This document shows positions 18,442 to 29,728 of a stretch of 64,000 bases of DNA, piece after piece (within the stretch, counting starts at the first letter, position 1; the number at the start of each line of letters is the position of its first letter). The notes below the pieces were generated by a model, which searched no databases, was not told the DNA's origin, and saw only the letters and a program-made list of their open reading frames with translations. Origin of the DNA: Gloeobacterales cyanobacterium (GTDB lineage: Bacteria > Cyanobacteriota > Cyanobacteriia > Gloeobacterales > PMM-0068); the NCBI GenBank assembly GCA_038245785.1, contig JBBRSB010000002.1, positions 269,588-333,587 on the forward strand, written 5' to 3'. The position numbers and the translations under genes are program-made.

Positions 18442-19089
18442 TCACTCATAGGCAGCCCGATGTCGGTGAATAACATGCGTTACTTTAAATAGTCTGTGAT
18501 TTGTTTTTTTGAGACGCAAGATAGTCTTAGTCAAAACTAATCGTTTTCTTCCTTTTTCTCCTTCCACGAAGCCCAATTCATGATGAAGCTTTTCGATTTC
18601 TAGGACAGAGGATAAATTGCTCAAGGCAAGATAGTTTTTTCTGGGAAGCAAGCATGTCTCTAAAGAGTATCTTGATTTAAATAGACTTCGATTCATGCTT
18701 AGCATGTACTGTTCTGAAAAATCATGAAACGTTTCTAAAGTCAGTGCCTGCTCTGTTTTCTCTATCGATATCTGAGTGTCAACACCTGTAGAAACATCAA
18801 GGCCAAGCACTTTTCTAATCAGCTGAATCCCTTCTTGAATTTCATTCATAACCACAGTCAGGTCATGTGTTAGCGGAAGATTTTGCATTTTCTGCATGGC
18901 GTCTTCAAAAGAACTCAAAGCCACTTCCAATTCTTTAACATCAGCGACTATAGGCTGATGCCCATGAGCGGCTACTCTGACAAGCGCATGAGCCAGACTT
19001 TCGGGAATACGCGCCATCTTGGTAGGTTCTTTATACTTGCTGCTGCCCTTAGGACGCCCTGCCCCTGGACGTTTTCCACCTCGTGGCAT
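18442..19089 (-). CDS. Hypothetical DNA-binding protein with an N-terminal AT-hook-like motif
   Basis: MPRGGKRPGAGRPKGS...RIPESL; GGAGG SD upstream. Confidence 0.6.
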   Translation of the reverse strand: MPRGGKRPGAGRPKGSSKYKEPTKMARIPESLAHALVRVAAHGHQPIVADVKELEVALSSFEDAMQKMQNLPLTHDLTVVMNEIQEGIQLIRKVLGLDVSTGVDTQISIEKTEQALTLETFHDFSEQYMLSMNRSLFKSRYSLETCLLPRKNYLALSNLSSVLEIEKLHHELGFVEGEKGRKRLVLTKTILRLKKTNHRLFKVTHVIHRHRAAYE

Positions 19090-19344
19090 GATAGCCTCCC
19101 CTTTTAATGGAGATTGGTTCTTTGATTATTACGTAAAATTTAAGTTTTGTTATTTTATTGGGATTGATTTGTGCTATCAAAAATCAAAACATTGACCATG
19201 CTTACAGGCTATAGATTAACTCAATCAACAATCAAACAGCTGACCTCTCCCGACGGATGCTTGAAAGAAGGATTTGCGATAGAGTGTATATATTCAACCT
19301 AAGCTGAGTTTACTGAGATTTTGCTGTTTTTGGAGAATGCAAAA

Positions 19345-20013
19345 ATGATCAATAACCAACTAAATAGTAAAATGTCCACCGATTTCAATATTCAGAGTGT
19401 CATCCCCACCGTTATTGAACAATCTTCTCGTGGAGAGAAATCCTTTGATATCTTCTCCAGGCTATTACGCGAACGCATCATCTACATGGGAACCCCCGTC
19501 GATGATATGGTCGCCAACTTAGTCGTAGCTCAATTGCTCTTCCTGGAATCAGAAGACCCCGACAAGGATATTTCCCTCTATATCAATTCTCCTGGTGGCT
19601 CTATCTCTGCGGGCATGGCCATTTATGACACCATGAAGCACATCCGTCCCAAAGTATCGACCATTTGCCTTGGGCTGGCAGCCTCGATGGGTGCGTTCTT
19701 ATTATCTGCTGGGGAGAAAGGCAAGCGCCTATCTCTGCCCAATGCCCGGATCATGATTCACCAGCCCTTAGGCGGAGCCCAAGGACAAGCTACCGATGTC
19801 CAAATCATGGCTAAGGAGATTCTCTATACTAAGGGTTTGATTAACAAACTGTTGGCAGAGCATACGGGGCAACCGATAGAGCGTCTTGAACGGGATACGG
19901 ACCGTGATTTCTTCATGTCGGCGGAAGAATCGAAAGAGTATGGATTGATAGACCAAGTAATCACCAAACGACCTGGTGAAGGCGCTATCTTGAGCAACGG
20001 TAGCGGAGTTTAA
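19345..20013 (+). CDS. clpP: ATP-dependent Clp protease proteolytic subunit
   Basis: [23 protein letters not shown] (Ser), IMIHQP (His), DRD (Asp). Confidence 0.97.
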   Translation: MINNQLNSKMSTDFNIQSVIPTVIEQSSRGEKSFDIFSRLLRERIIYMGTPVDDMVANLVVAQLLFLESEDPDKDISLYINSPGGSISAGMAIYDTMKHIRPKVSTICLGLAASMGAFLLSAGEKGKRLSLPNARIMIHQPLGGAQGQATDVQIMAKEILYTKGLINKLLAEHTGQPIERLERDTDRDFFMSAEESKEYGLIDQVITKRPGEGAILSNGSGV

Positions 20014-20414
20014 CCTGCATTAGGCGCTGGGGCGGTCTTTGCGACTTGCGAGGCTGCCTTCACCTCTTTCGGGTCTCTGGTCATGATATGGCCATGAAAA
20101 GTAGCCCCAGCTGCCATATCTAAGGCATTAGTAATCACATTTCCTTCAATGCGAGCCGTCTGACTCAAGGTCAACTTACCCTGCACCACGATGGCTGCCT
20201 TAACCGTTCCATGCACAATGGCATTGCGGGCTTGGACTTCTGCTCCTTCGATAGAACCAGATGCTGCAATTTCTATATCGCCCGTGACGATTATGGAGCC
20301 TAATACAGCACCATCCACCCGCAGATTGCCCTCATGATCGAGGTCTCCCTGGATCTTGCTTCCGCTACCAACTAAGGTCAGTCCAGTCCCTGGTTTCGGC
20401 TTTTTCTTGAACAT
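20010..20414 (-). CDS. Bactofilin (polymer-forming cytoskeletal protein)
   Basis: Beta-helix repeats [16 protein letters not shown]; downstream of an M23 peptidase. Confidence 0.9.
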   Translation of the reverse strand: MFKKKPKPGTGLTLVGSGSKIQGDLDHEGNLRVDGAVLGSIIVTGDIEIAASGSIEGAEVQARNAIVHGTVKAAIVVQGKLTLSQTARIEGNVITNALDMAAGATFHGHIMTRDPKEVKAASQVAKTAPAPNAG

Positions 20415-20462
20415 AAGAATATATTCCTAAACCTTAGAGCTACGTATTTGGAGCAGAGTATA

Positions 20463-21299
20463 TCATTCGTCCTGGGCTAGGTATGGTTTAGGGTCTATTG
20501 TTTTTCCTTGAAAATAGACCCCATAGTGCAGATGGGGACCGCTGGAACGTCCTGTGCTGCCAACATAGCCAATCAGTTGTCCCCTTTCTATAGGAGCACC
20601 AGGAGCCACGGCCATTTTAGACATGTGGCCATAGAGTGTCCGTAACTCATAGCCGTGTTCGATGAGTACATGGTTGCCATAGCCTCCTGCAAAATTAGCT
20701 TCTAGGACAGTGCCAGGAGCCGTTGCATAGATAGGCGTACCGTAGGCCACCGCCATATCCATGCCAGGATGAAATTCGTAGCTGCCGCCAAAGGGGTTAG
20801 GCCGCAGACCGTAGAAAGAAGAAAACCGCACAGAGACTAGGAGCGGCATCCCCCGAGGACGAGCATTCCGGCGGGCCACAAATTCCCCAACTGTCGGCAT
20901 CACCTTCTCTTTGAGAGATGACACGAGCAGGAGACGGTCATGGGCAGCAGTTAGAAGCTGCTCAGCACTTGGCTTTATGCCAATTCCACCTTGATCTACC
21001 GTAGATTTTTTAGGCAAAGCTGCTTCTTTTACGCCAGCGCGCGCGCTGAGGTCTTTCAGTTCAGCCTCTAGAGTATCGACGCGCTCCAGCAAATCACTGG
21101 CTTGCGCTGCGAGGACTTGACCATCGCCACGGGCGGTTTCTATGGCGTGGTTGTAATAACGGTAGATAGCGATGCCGCTCCATCCAGAGACCAGCATCAG
21201 GCCCACTAGTAGAGTCGCAGGCCAAAACGACAGCTGGATAGGTGGTTTGCCCGTCCGCGTGATCAGCACAGTGTAACGTTCCGGGATGCGACGGCCCAT
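20463..21299 (-). CDS. M23 family metallopeptidase
   Basis: HPGMD, GYGN, YGHM, STGRSSGPHLHY; N-terminal TM and coiled coil. Confidence 0.93.
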   Translation of the reverse strand: MGRRIPERYTVLITRTGKPPIQLSFWPATLLVGLMLVSGWSGIAIYRYYNHAIETARGDGQVLAAQASDLLERVDTLEAELKDLSARAGVKEAALPKKSTVDQGGIGIKPSAEQLLTAAHDRLLLVSSLKEKVMPTVGEFVARRNARPRGMPLLVSVRFSSFYGLRPNPFGGSYEFHPGMDMAVAYGTPIYATAPGTVLEANFAGGYGNHVLIEHGYELRTLYGHMSKMAVAPGAPIERGQLIGYVGSTGRSSGPHLHYGVYFQGKTIDPKPYLAQDE

Positions 21300-21371
21300 T
21301 ACCCCTCAAAGACTTATAAAAGATACTCGGGGAGCATCCCATATTTAGCGGCACTTGGTCAAGACCTCAGT

Positions 21372-22553
21372 CTATTTCTGATCCCCATCGTTTCCATGAC
21401 CAAAAAGATTGCTGAAAAATCCTTCGATACCGTCTTTTTTGATTTTCTCTCCGTGGAGATGGGCCAGTTTCTCTAGAAGATCCCGTTCTTCACGGCTAAC
21501 CTTTTGGGGAATAGCTACTTTCAGGGTAATCATGTGGTCCCCTCGTTTCATCGGATTACCCGGTCTGGGCACCCCTTGCTTTTCGAGGGTGATTATCTTG
21601 CCTGGTTGAGTCCCTGGAGCGACATCAATTTCTTTTTCCTGGATATTCTTTTGGTCAAAATCGAGGACTTTGACCTTGACTTTGCTGCCGAGGATCGCCT
21701 GCAGATAGCTTATTTCCACCTCTGAGTAGAGATTTTGACCATCTCTTTTGAAGTGTGAATCTTGCTCCACGGCAATGAAAACATAGAGATCTCCCGCTGG
21801 GCCGCCTTTAATACCGATATCGCCTTTACCACCCACCCGTAGTCTGGTGTTATTGTCTACACCACAGGGCACCTGGATTTCAATATTCTTCCGTTCAGCC
21901 TTGCGACCTTTACCGCCACAGTCCGTACAAGGGTTGGTTACGACTTGGCCTGAACCACGACATTCTGGGCAGACGGCGACTTGGGTAAACGTGCCAAAGG
22001 GGGTACGCGTAGCCTGACGAACTTGACCAGCCCCTGCACAGGTTCCGCAGGTGGAAGCCTTTGTTCCTGGTTTAGCACCTGAGCCCTGGCATGTGGCGCA
22101 GCTCTGTAAGGTTTGGACATCTAAGTCTTTTTCGACCCCAAAAATAGATTCCGTGAAAGTTAGGACCACATCCACGCGGCGGTCATCCCCTCGCTGGGGA
22201 CCCCCAGCCCTTCGCCCGGCCCCTGCAAAACCTCCTCCACCTCCAAACATGCTGCCAAAAGCTTCAAAGAGGTCAGAGAAATCACCAAAATCGCTGAAGC
22301 CGCCCGCATCGCCACCGGCAGAAGCCGCAGAAGTACCAATCCCTTGCTCGCCAAAGCGGTCATAGCGGGCACGGGTCTGCTCATCAGACAGCACCTCATA
22401 GGCGCGGTTGATTTCCTTGAAACGCTCTTCGGCTCCAGGTTCTTTGTTAATGTCCGGATGCAGTTTACGCGCCAACTTTCGGTAGGCCTGTTTGATTTCT
22501 TCTTTGTCGGCGCTTCGGCTGACACCTAGCAGGTTGTAAAGGTCTTGGGCCAT
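21372..22553 (-). CDS. dnaJ: Molecular chaperone DnaJ
   Basis: HPD J-domain, G/F-rich region, four CxxCxGxG repeats. Confidence 0.97.
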   Translation of the reverse strand: MAQDLYNLLGVSRSADKEEIKQAYRKLARKLHPDINKEPGAEERFKEINRAYEVLSDEQTRARYDRFGEQGIGTSAASAGGDAGGFSDFGDFSDLFEAFGSMFGGGGGFAGAGRRAGGPQRGDDRRVDVVLTFTESIFGVEKDLDVQTLQSCATCQGSGAKPGTKASTCGTCAGAGQVRQATRTPFGTFTQVAVCPECRGSGQVVTNPCTDCGGKGRKAERKNIEIQVPCGVDNNTRLRVGGKGDIGIKGGPAGDLYVFIAVEQDSHFKRDGQNLYSEVEISYLQAILGSKVKVKVLDFDQKNIQEKEIDVAPGTQPGKIITLEKQGVPRPGNPMKRGDHMITLKVAIPQKVSREERDLLEKLAHLHGEKIKKDGIEGFFSNLFGHGNDGDQK

Positions 22554-22578
22554 ATTTCGTTAAGAAACTTAGTAGAGA

Positions 22579-23070
22579 CTATTGTAATGCCTTCAGTTGC
22601 CCCAATGCTTCGTAAAGGCCAATCCCTACACTAACGGCTAAGTTTAAACTCCTTACAGTCGCGTAGGTAGGAATCACCACCTGGAGATGATTTTCACGAA
22701 TTTCTCGGGGTAATCCTTGGGTCTCAGAGCCAAAAAGTAGCCAATCTCCTGGCTGATATGAAAAATCTCGATAAGAAATTTGGGCATGGGCACTGAAGCA
22801 AATAATCCGCTGAGGTTGCGTTTCGTTTAAAAAAGTTTCCCAATTTGGATGGCAGACCAGGTCAACTGCATCCCAGTAGTCTAGGCCTGCCCTCTTGAGA
22901 TAGCGGTCAGAAAGCTTAAACCCTAGAGGCTCAATAAGCTGAAGTTTAGTGCCTGTAGCTGCGCAGGTGCGAGCGATATTGCCTGTATTCGGAGGGATCT
23001 CTGGCGTATAGAGAACCACGCCGACAGGGGCACAGGGAACGCTATTGGTCGGGGGAGAGGAAATCACCAT
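22579..23070 (-). CDS. trmL: tRNA (cytidine(34)-2'-O)-methyltransferase
   Basis: [36 protein letters not shown]. Confidence 0.93.
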   Translation of the reverse strand: MVISSPPTNSVPCAPVGVVLYTPEIPPNTGNIARTCAATGTKLQLIEPLGFKLSDRYLKRAGLDYWDAVDLVCHPNWETFLNETQPQRIICFSAHAQISYRDFSYQPGDWLLFGSETQGLPREIRENHLQVVIPTYATVRSLNLAVSVGIGLYEALGQLKALQ

Positions 23071-23158
23071 AGTAGGTATGCAGAGCTGCCTTTTAGATTG
23101 CCGCTTCTACGATATGATGAAGGGCGCATCCATGGTTAGGAAGGTAGGGCAGATACCC

Positions 23159-24172
23159 ATGACAATTAAAGTAGCTATCAATGGTTTTGGCCGAATTGGG
23201 CGGAATTTCTTGCGTTGTTGGTTAGGCCGTGAAACATCCGGCTTTGAAGTAGTTGCCATTAATGATACTTCAGACCCACATACCAATGCCCATCTGATTC
23301 GTTATGATTCCATGCTGGGTAAGTATGAAGGCAAAGTTGAGTATGATGACAACTCGATCACCGCAGACGGACATGTGATCAAGTGCTTTTCAGACCGCAA
23401 TCCTGCCAATCTTCCCTGGGGCGCTTTAGGGATTGACGTCGTTATCGAATCTACAGGTGTATTCATTTCCCGTGAAGGCGCTTCTAAACACCTTGAGGCT
23501 GGAGCCAAGAAGGTGATGATCACGGCTCCCGGCAAAAATGACGATGGCATGTTCGTGATGGGTGTCAACGAAGACCAATACACCCATGACAAAGTAATTA
23601 TTTCTAATGCTTCCTGTACGACCAATTGCCTGGCTCCGATTGTCAAAGTCCTCCACGATAACTTTGGGGTCGTCACGGGTATGATGACGACTATCCATTC
23701 CTACACGGGAGACCAGCGAATCCTCGATGCTAGCCACCGTGATTTGCGTCGGGCTCGCGCCGCTGCCGTAAGCATCGTTCCTACGAGTACCGGAGCCGCT
23801 AAAGCGGTTGGTTTGGTCATCCCTGAGCTGAAAGGTAAGCTGAATGGCCTGGCCTTCCGCGTTCCTACGCCTAATGTATCCGTGGTTGATTTCGTAGCCA
23901 GACTAGATAAGAAAGTAATCCCCGAACAGGTCAACCTTGCCTTAAAAGAAGCATCTGAAGGCCGTCTCAAAGGTATTCTCAGAGTCTCGGAAGAGCCCCT
24001 TGTTTCTATTGACTATCGTGTAACCGACGAGTCATCTATCATAGATGCTGAACTGACCATGGTTATGGATGGCAACATGGTAAAAGTGATCTCCTGGTAT
24101 GACAACGAGTGGGGCTATTCTCAACGCGTTGTAGATCTCGCTGAAGTAATGGCGAAAAAATGGGTTAGCTAG
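23159..24172 (+). CDS. gap2: Glyceraldehyde-3-phosphate dehydrogenase, NAD(P)-dependent Gap2 type
   Basis: [44 protein letters not shown]; start at ATG 23159. Confidence 0.95.
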   Translation: MTIKVAINGFGRIGRNFLRCWLGRETSGFEVVAINDTSDPHTNAHLIRYDSMLGKYEGKVEYDDNSITADGHVIKCFSDRNPANLPWGALGIDVVIESTGVFISREGASKHLEAGAKKVMITAPGKNDDGMFVMGVNEDQYTHDKVIISNASCTTNCLAPIVKVLHDNFGVVTGMMTTIHSYTGDQRILDASHRDLRRARAAAVSIVPTSTGAAKAVGLVIPELKGKLNGLAFRVPTPNVSVVDFVARLDKKVIPEQVNLALKEASEGRLKGILRVSEEPLVSIDYRVTDESSIIDAELTMVMDGNMVKVISWYDNEWGYSQRVVDLAEVMAKKWVS

Positions 24173-24193
24173 TTTTAGTTAACGTGAAAATTG

Positions 24194-24226
24194 AAAAGCA
24201 GCGATCTATCTTATCGCTGCTTTTTT
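24194..24226. terminator. Bidirectional intrinsic terminator
   Basis: aaaagcagcgat-ctatctt-atcgctgctttttt between convergent gap2 and miaE. Confidence 0.85.
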
Positions 24227-24243
24227 CATGCTCAGGTGTTTTA

Positions 24244-24834
24244 TCAACTATGAACTCTTGGCTCCGGATGAAGTGTTTCTAGAATTTCGCTTTCTTTTTG
24301 ACTGAGTTCACTAAGTCTTTGTTCTACCTGAGATACTGCGTAGTATTCATAGGCTAGGTCCAAGTAGAGATGCTTATGACGTTCTTCGGCAATACTCAAG
24401 AAGGCATAAAAATCCTGCAGCTCTGGGTCTGGACAATTTTTGGCTAAGAGTTCTAGCCGCTCATGACTACGGGCTTCAATCAAGCAAGAAGTCAGCATGG
24501 AATCCAACAGACGATTAGGTTCTTGGGTGCGAATCTCCTGTTTGAGCAAGTTTCCGTAGGGAGACGGTTTGAGGGTCTTCCAGACTACGCCTCGACATTC
24601 TAAGTGACGATTGACCATCTGGAAATGCTGTAATTCCTCCCGCGCCAGCGTCGTCAGCGCTTCCACCAAAATTTGGTGATTGGGATACTGAAACAGGTAG
24701 CGCATCGCCGTACCCGCTGCCTTTTTCTCACACTGAGCATGATCCAGAAGAATCAAATCCAGGTGGTTTAGGGCTTGAGTAAGCCATTTTGGTTGGGTTG
24801 GGGTGTGCAGGAGATTCATTACGTACGTAGACAT
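24244..24834 (-). CDS. miaE: tRNA-(ms2io6A37) hydroxylase
   Basis: LLDHAQCEKKAA, AREELQHF, IEARSHER, EERH di-iron motifs. Confidence 0.9.
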   Translation of the reverse strand: MSTYVMNLLHTPTQPKWLTQALNHLDLILLDHAQCEKKAAGTAMRYLFQYPNHQILVEALTTLAREELQHFQMVNRHLECRGVVWKTLKPSPYGNLLKQEIRTQEPNRLLDSMLTSCLIEARSHERLELLAKNCPDPELQDFYAFLSIAEERHKHLYLDLAYEYYAVSQVEQRLSELSQKESEILETLHPEPRVHS

Positions 24835-25039
24835 CTTGCCTCAGCTAAAGCTTGAACGGCACTCCTACCAACGCTCACAGAGCATACACGTAGAATATTC
24901 AGTGCTTGCCCACAGTTTAGCAATAATTGGTAAAGAGCTATCCAGATGAGCAGGGATGCATCTAGCCAAAGCAGATTTTATACTGTCTTCCTTGGCTTAA
25001 CTGATTACACTGAGTAGAGAAAAAAGCTGGAGGTCCACT

Positions 25040-26536
25040 GTGTCCAATGTAAATGGTGTAATGATGCAGTACTTCCACTGGTATACGCCGCAGGACGGCA
25101 AACTATGGAATCAGTTTGCAGAATCTGCTGCGGATTTGGCCAAGGTTGGAGTCACCTCTGTTTGGCTACCGCCTGCTTATAAGGGAACGGCAGGTGGCAT
25201 GGATGTCGGCTATGGCGTCTATGATTTATTCGATTTGGGGGAATTCGACCAGAAAGGCTCCGTACGAACAAAGTATGGTACCAAAGATGAATATCTTAAG
25301 GGGATCAAAGCAGCAAAGGAAGCAGGTATTCGGGTCTATGCTGATGTTGTTTTCAATCACAAATTAGGAGCCGATGAAGAGGAAGAAGCCGAAGCTACCC
25401 CCTTCGATATGAATGACCGCAATGCTCCGATTGGTGAATACCAAAAAGTCAAAACATGGACCAGCTTTACCTTTCCTGGCCGGGGCGATAAATACTCCAA
25501 AATGAAATGGCATTGGTGGCATTTCACAGCAACGGACTACAATGCCTACAACAACAGTGGAAAAGCGGTCTTTTTGTTAAAAGGGAAAGATTTCGACCGT
25601 ACTGTTGATCTGGAAAAAGGTAATTTTGACTATCTCATGGGCTGCGATCTGGATGTGAATCATCCTGAAGTGTCCGGGGAGTTGAAATACTGGAGTGAGT
25701 GGTATCTCGACACCACAGATGTAGATGGCTTCCGGTTCGACGCTGTCAAACATGTCAAGGCAGAATTTTTCCAAGAGTGGCTAGAACATGCTCGAAACTA
25801 TGTAAAGCGCGACTTGTTCGCCGTTGGTGAATATTGGTCCTATGAAGTCGAAGCTCTGCACCACTTTGTGGAAGTTACTGATGGTAAAGTAAGCCTATTC
25901 GATGCTCCTCTCCACTACAATTTCTCCACGGCCAGTAAGGCTGGTAATAACTATGACATCCGTAAAATTTTCGATGGCACCCTGGTCCAACACCAGCCCT
26001 CTCTGGCTGTTACCTTAGTCGACAACCATGACTCTCAACCCTTGCAATCGCTAGAATCTGTTGTTGAAGATTGGTTTAAACCTTTGGCCTATGCCCTGAT
26101 TCTGTTGCGCAATGAGGGATATCCCTGTATTTTCTATGCTGATTACTATGGCGCCCACTACAAAGACAGAGGAAAAGATGGGAATGAGTACGAAATTTGG
26201 TTAAATAGTCATCGAGATATCCTCGATCAGTTGCTTGATGCGCGTCAGCACAATGCCTACGGTGAACAGTACGACTATTTTGACCATGCCAATACCATTG
26301 GCTGGACAAGACTGGGAGATGAAGAACATCCTGGAGGAATGGCGGTCGTTCTCAGTAATGGAGGTGAGGGTACTAAGTGGATGGAGGTCAAACAGCCCAA
26401 TTCCACCTATGTTGATATCACCAAAAACATAAAGAAATCTGTCACTACCAATAAAGAGGGTTGGGCTGATTTTCGGTGTAAGGCTGGTTCTGTTTCTGTC
26501 TGGATTCCCAAGAAAAAAACATCAAACCAAAAATAG
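25040..26536 (+). CDS. Cytoplasmic alpha-amylase (GH13, AmyA-like)
   Basis: MMQYFHWY, DVVFNH, GFRFDAVKH, VGEYW, VDNHD. Confidence 0.95.
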   Translation: MSNVNGVMMQYFHWYTPQDGKLWNQFAESAADLAKVGVTSVWLPPAYKGTAGGMDVGYGVYDLFDLGEFDQKGSVRTKYGTKDEYLKGIKAAKEAGIRVYADVVFNHKLGADEEEEAEATPFDMNDRNAPIGEYQKVKTWTSFTFPGRGDKYSKMKWHWWHFTATDYNAYNNSGKAVFLLKGKDFDRTVDLEKGNFDYLMGCDLDVNHPEVSGELKYWSEWYLDTTDVDGFRFDAVKHVKAEFFQEWLEHARNYVKRDLFAVGEYWSYEVEALHHFVEVTDGKVSLFDAPLHYNFSTASKAGNNYDIRKIFDGTLVQHQPSLAVTLVDNHDSQPLQSLESVVEDWFKPLAYALILLRNEGYPCIFYADYYGAHYKDRGKDGNEYEIWLNSHRDILDQLLDARQHNAYGEQYDYFDHANTIGWTRLGDEEHPGGMAVVLSNGGEGTKWMEVKQPNSTYVDITKNIKKSVTTNKEGWADFRCKAGSVSVWIPKKKTSNQK

Positions 26537-26625
26537 CCGATACCAAATCTACAGGGGCGCAAGGTCTTGTGCCCCTATGGGATAACACCCATAAATGCCT
26601 GCCCTGCACAGACAGGCAAACGGCC

Positions 26626-26657
26626 CAAAAAACCTGCTCATTCTTGGGCAGGTTTTT
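26626..26657. terminator. Bidirectional terminator-like hairpin
   Basis: aaaaacctgctca-ttct-tgggcaggttttt between convergent genes. Confidence 0.65.
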
Positions 26658-26675
26658 GCATATTCTCAAATTCAC

Positions 26676-28400
26676 TTAAGCGCGGGTCACAATCGCCGTA
26701 AAGCCTTGAGCAATGAGCTGTTTGATAATCTGTTGAGCGCTGGACTGGGAAGAGAATACGCCAACTTGGAGTACTTTTCGCCCTTCATATTCCCGATGAA
26801 AGGGATTTTTCACGAATTGCTTGAGCTTCTTCAAATCTGGAGAAGCATTCGTGATCAAGACTCTAAATTTACCGTTTCCCACGCGTGTTGGTGTGACTGC
26901 AGCCACTTCAGACTTTGGTGGTGTGGGCTTGAAAGTGACCGTCTGGGCTGTCGGTTGTGTCGGTTGAGGTTGGGCCGGACGAACCGAAGTGTTGCCAAAC
27001 TGTGGTGGCTGTGGTTTGTTGAGTGGCGCTGGCGGCGCAGAGAAAGTCCCTGCAGGACTTTGAGACTGGCGAACAGGAGGAGTCACAGCAGGTTGAGCTT
27101 GAGGAGGAAGGGGCTTAGCCGCTGGAGCCTGGGCATTTCCAGGAATTGCAGGAGGCAGAGGCTTCGGAAGTATTGGAGGAGCGGGAGGAGGGGTCGTTGG
27201 GGCAGGCAACGTTGGCGTTGTTGCTGCTTGGGGTTTGGGTAGAGGGAACTGGCTAGGAGGTTGGGGGGGAAGAGAAAGAGGCTTGGGCGGAAGAGGCTTC
27301 TGACCGGCAGCTTTAGGCGATGTTGTAGTTGTAGCGGTCGGTGCAGTGGTTGGAACGACCACTGACGCAGAAGGAAGTGCAAGAGCACTCTTGGCTGCTA
27401 TTAAAACCGTACTGCTATCTCCCTGAATGCTGCCCAAAAGCTTCGGTTTAGCCGTGTACTCGTTGCCAAGCGCCGTAATAGAGATTTGTGGGCGAGTGGC
27501 ATTGTTAATGTCTGACTTGAGGTTGCCCTGGAAATAGTTAGCGCCTCGTTCTGTTGCTGTACCCAAATTAGGCTGAGCTTCACCCACAATTGCAATCCCA
27601 CTACGGCGGTTGCGCTCGATACGGTTACCTCGGAGGGTAGGCGTCGATTTCCCTAAAATGACAATCCCATCGGCATTATTGACAACCACATTGTCTTTGA
27701 CCACAGGACTGCTCTTTTCATCGATATTGAGCGCAAATCCAGTGTCTTCAAAGACATTTCCCTGAATCAGTGGATTAGCCATACGTAGCATCGTGACGCC
27801 ATCGGATGGATTCTTGTAGAAGAAATTTTCTGTGATTTTACCCCCGGCCGTACCTGTCAGCATAATGCCATCATTCCCGGAGCCTGTAAGGGTATTACGA
27901 TTGATTGTCGGGTCTGTTCCTTCGACCCAAATCCCATAACCTCTTTTTTGCGGGTTAGAAATAGTCAATCCTTGAATCGTCGTTCCCTTTTGGGCAACGA
28001 TACCAACAATTTGGCCTGCGACCGTAGGACTGAGGAATTTCCCACCCCCTTGTACCAACGTATCTTTGCCACGATCACTGACATTGCCTTGGAGTGTTAT
28101 GCCAGAACGGACAACAAGAGGAAAGACTTCGCCATTCACTTCATCATATTTTCCCGGTTGCACTTGAATGACGGTGCCTGGAACAGCAGCTTGCAGTGCA
28201 GCAGTAATCGTCTTATAGGGCGCTTGGGCATTTCCTGGGCCAGCATTATTGCCTTTTACTGCATCTACATAAAGGGTAGTTACAGCTTGAGCCTGCACTT
28301 GCTGGAAGTTTTCCAATCCCCTGTGAGGCACAGGTACGAAGGAGATTCCAAGAGAGAAACTGAGCGCTAAAGAAGAAATCAGAAGTGAACGGGTACGCAT
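26676..28400 (-). CDS. DUF1565 beta-helix protein with Pro-rich linker and C-terminal SPOR-like domain
   Basis: LYVDAVKGNN...PYKTITAAL, GEVFPL, beta-helix repeats, LQVGVFSS..A. Confidence 0.85.
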   Translation of the reverse strand: MRTRSLLISSLALSFSLGISFVPVPHRGLENFQQVQAQAVTTLYVDAVKGNNAGPGNAQAPYKTITAALQAAVPGTVIQVQPGKYDEVNGEVFPLVVRSGITLQGNVSDRGKDTLVQGGGKFLSPTVAGQIVGIVAQKGTTIQGLTISNPQKRGYGIWVEGTDPTINRNTLTGSGNDGIMLTGTAGGKITENFFYKNPSDGVTMLRMANPLIQGNVFEDTGFALNIDEKSSPVVKDNVVVNNADGIVILGKSTPTLRGNRIERNRRSGIAIVGEAQPNLGTATERGANYFQGNLKSDINNATRPQISITALGNEYTAKPKLLGSIQGDSSTVLIAAKSALALPSASVVVPTTAPTATTTTSPKAAGQKPLPPKPLSLPPQPPSQFPLPKPQAATTPTLPAPTTPPPAPPILPKPLPPAIPGNAQAPAAKPLPPQAQPAVTPPVRQSQSPAGTFSAPPAPLNKPQPPQFGNTSVRPAQPQPTQPTAQTVTFKPTPPKSEVAAVTPTRVGNGKFRVLITNASPDLKKLKQFVKNPFHREYEGRKVLQVGVFSSQSSAQQIIKQLIAQGFTAIVTRA

Positions 28401-28663
28401 AAAATCCTCACAGGGTTTTACGATAGGATTAGACAAGTAGTTATGCAATTAATATTACCAGATAATATGTATTCTGCATGGCAAAATACTGCTCTGGGTC
28501 AACCTTTCATTGAATGAAATGAGTTGATAGATCTAGGCTAAAATCGATTCATAGCTGTCTGTTTAGATGAATCGCATAGCTAAAGTTTCAGGGCCTTTAG
28601 CACCCTGTTAAACTAAATGTTGAGTTTCTTAAAAGTAAGAATCTAGGTTAATTTGAATACGAT

Positions 28664-29728
28664 GTGTTTAAAAAGGACAGTGTATTGGCTCCTCTGGTTC
28701 CCGAAAAAGCTCTCCTGCGTATTCTTGACGCCAATCTAGACCGCGCTCGTGAAGGTATTCGCGTTGTAGAAGAATGGGCTCGATTTGCCTTAGAAAATGG
28801 GACTTTAGTAGGAGAATGTAAGTCTCTCCGCCATGAGCTAGCCATTCTTCAATCCCGAGAGATTTGTCAGGGTCGCAATACGCCAGACGATCCAGGAACG
28901 TCCTTGACCCATCCAGGGGAAGAAAAGCGTGCGAGTCCTCATGGAGTGATCCGAGCCAACTTTGTCCGTGTCCAGGAAGCCCTCAGAGTCTTAGAAGAGT
29001 ATGGCAAACTCTATGATGCTTCGTTCACCACGCGCATCAAAAATCTACGCTATCGCGTCTACAGCCTTGAACAGGCCTTTAGCGAAACGATGTCTCGCTC
29101 TCGGAACATACTCTCCCAAAGCCTTCTCTATCTAGTAACCTCACCCCGCAAAGACCTGCTTGAAGTTGTAGAACAGGCTCTCATCGGCGGTGTCCGTATG
29201 GTGCAGTTGCGGGAAAAGAATAGTACAGACACTGAAATTCTCCGTTTGGGACGCTCCCTTCGAAAGCTTTGTACAGAGCATGACGCCCTCCTGATCATCA
29301 ATGACCGTCCAGATTTAGCTTTGGAACTTGCATGTGATGGGGTTCATATGGGTCAGGAGGATGGAGGGGTGGCTATTGCTCGGCGCATTCTCGGTCCTGA
29401 CATCTTAGTGGGCCGTTCTACCCATCATCCTTCTGAGGCCAAGGCGGCTTTGACTGAAGGTGCTGACTATATTGGGATAGGGCCTGTGTATGCAACCCCA
29501 ACGAAAGAGGGTCGAGAGCCTGTAGGTTTGGAATATGTGCACTACTGTGCAGAACAGATTGCTTTACCAGGGTTTGCCATTGGCGGCATTGATTTAGAAA
29601 ATGTAGATAAGGTGCTCCAGGCTGGTGGGACGCGGGTTGCCGTCGTCCGCGCTATCATGGACTCCCCCGACCCTAAACACACTACCCAACAGTTTTTAGA
29701 GAAGCTCCATGGTCAGCCTCAAGGTTAA
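28664..29728 (+). CDS. thiE: Thiamine-phosphate synthase, cyanobacterial long form
   Basis: RILDANLDRAREGIRVVEE N-domain; QLREK, INDR, GVHMGQED, TPTK. Confidence 0.95.
   Translation: MFKKDSVLAPLVPEKALLRILDANLDRAREGIRVVEEWARFALENGTLVGECKSLRHELAILQSREICQGRNTPDDPGTSLTHPGEEKRASPHGVIRANFVRVQEALRVLEEYGKLYDASFTTRIKNLRYRVYSLEQAFSETMSRSRNILSQSLLYLVTSPRKDLLEVVEQALIGGVRMVQLREKNSTDTEILRLGRSLRKLCTEHDALLIINDRPDLALELACDGVHMGQEDGGVAIARRILGPDILVGRSTHHPSEAKAALTEGADYIGIGPVYATPTKEGREPVGLEYVHYCAEQIALPGFAIGGIDLENVDKVLQAGGTRVAVVRAIMDSPDPKHTTQQFLEKLHGQPQG

Noticed and set aside
20010..21299. Bactofilin-M23 peptidase pair as a novel system
   Set aside because: A well-known conserved cell-shape gene pairing
26595..27242. 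215-aa + strand ORF rich in Arg/Trp/Cys
   Set aside because: Antisense shadow of the Pro-rich linker of the DUF1565 gene
28450..28663. TPP riboswitch upstream of thiE
   Set aside because: No CTGAGA/conserved TPP aptamer core visible
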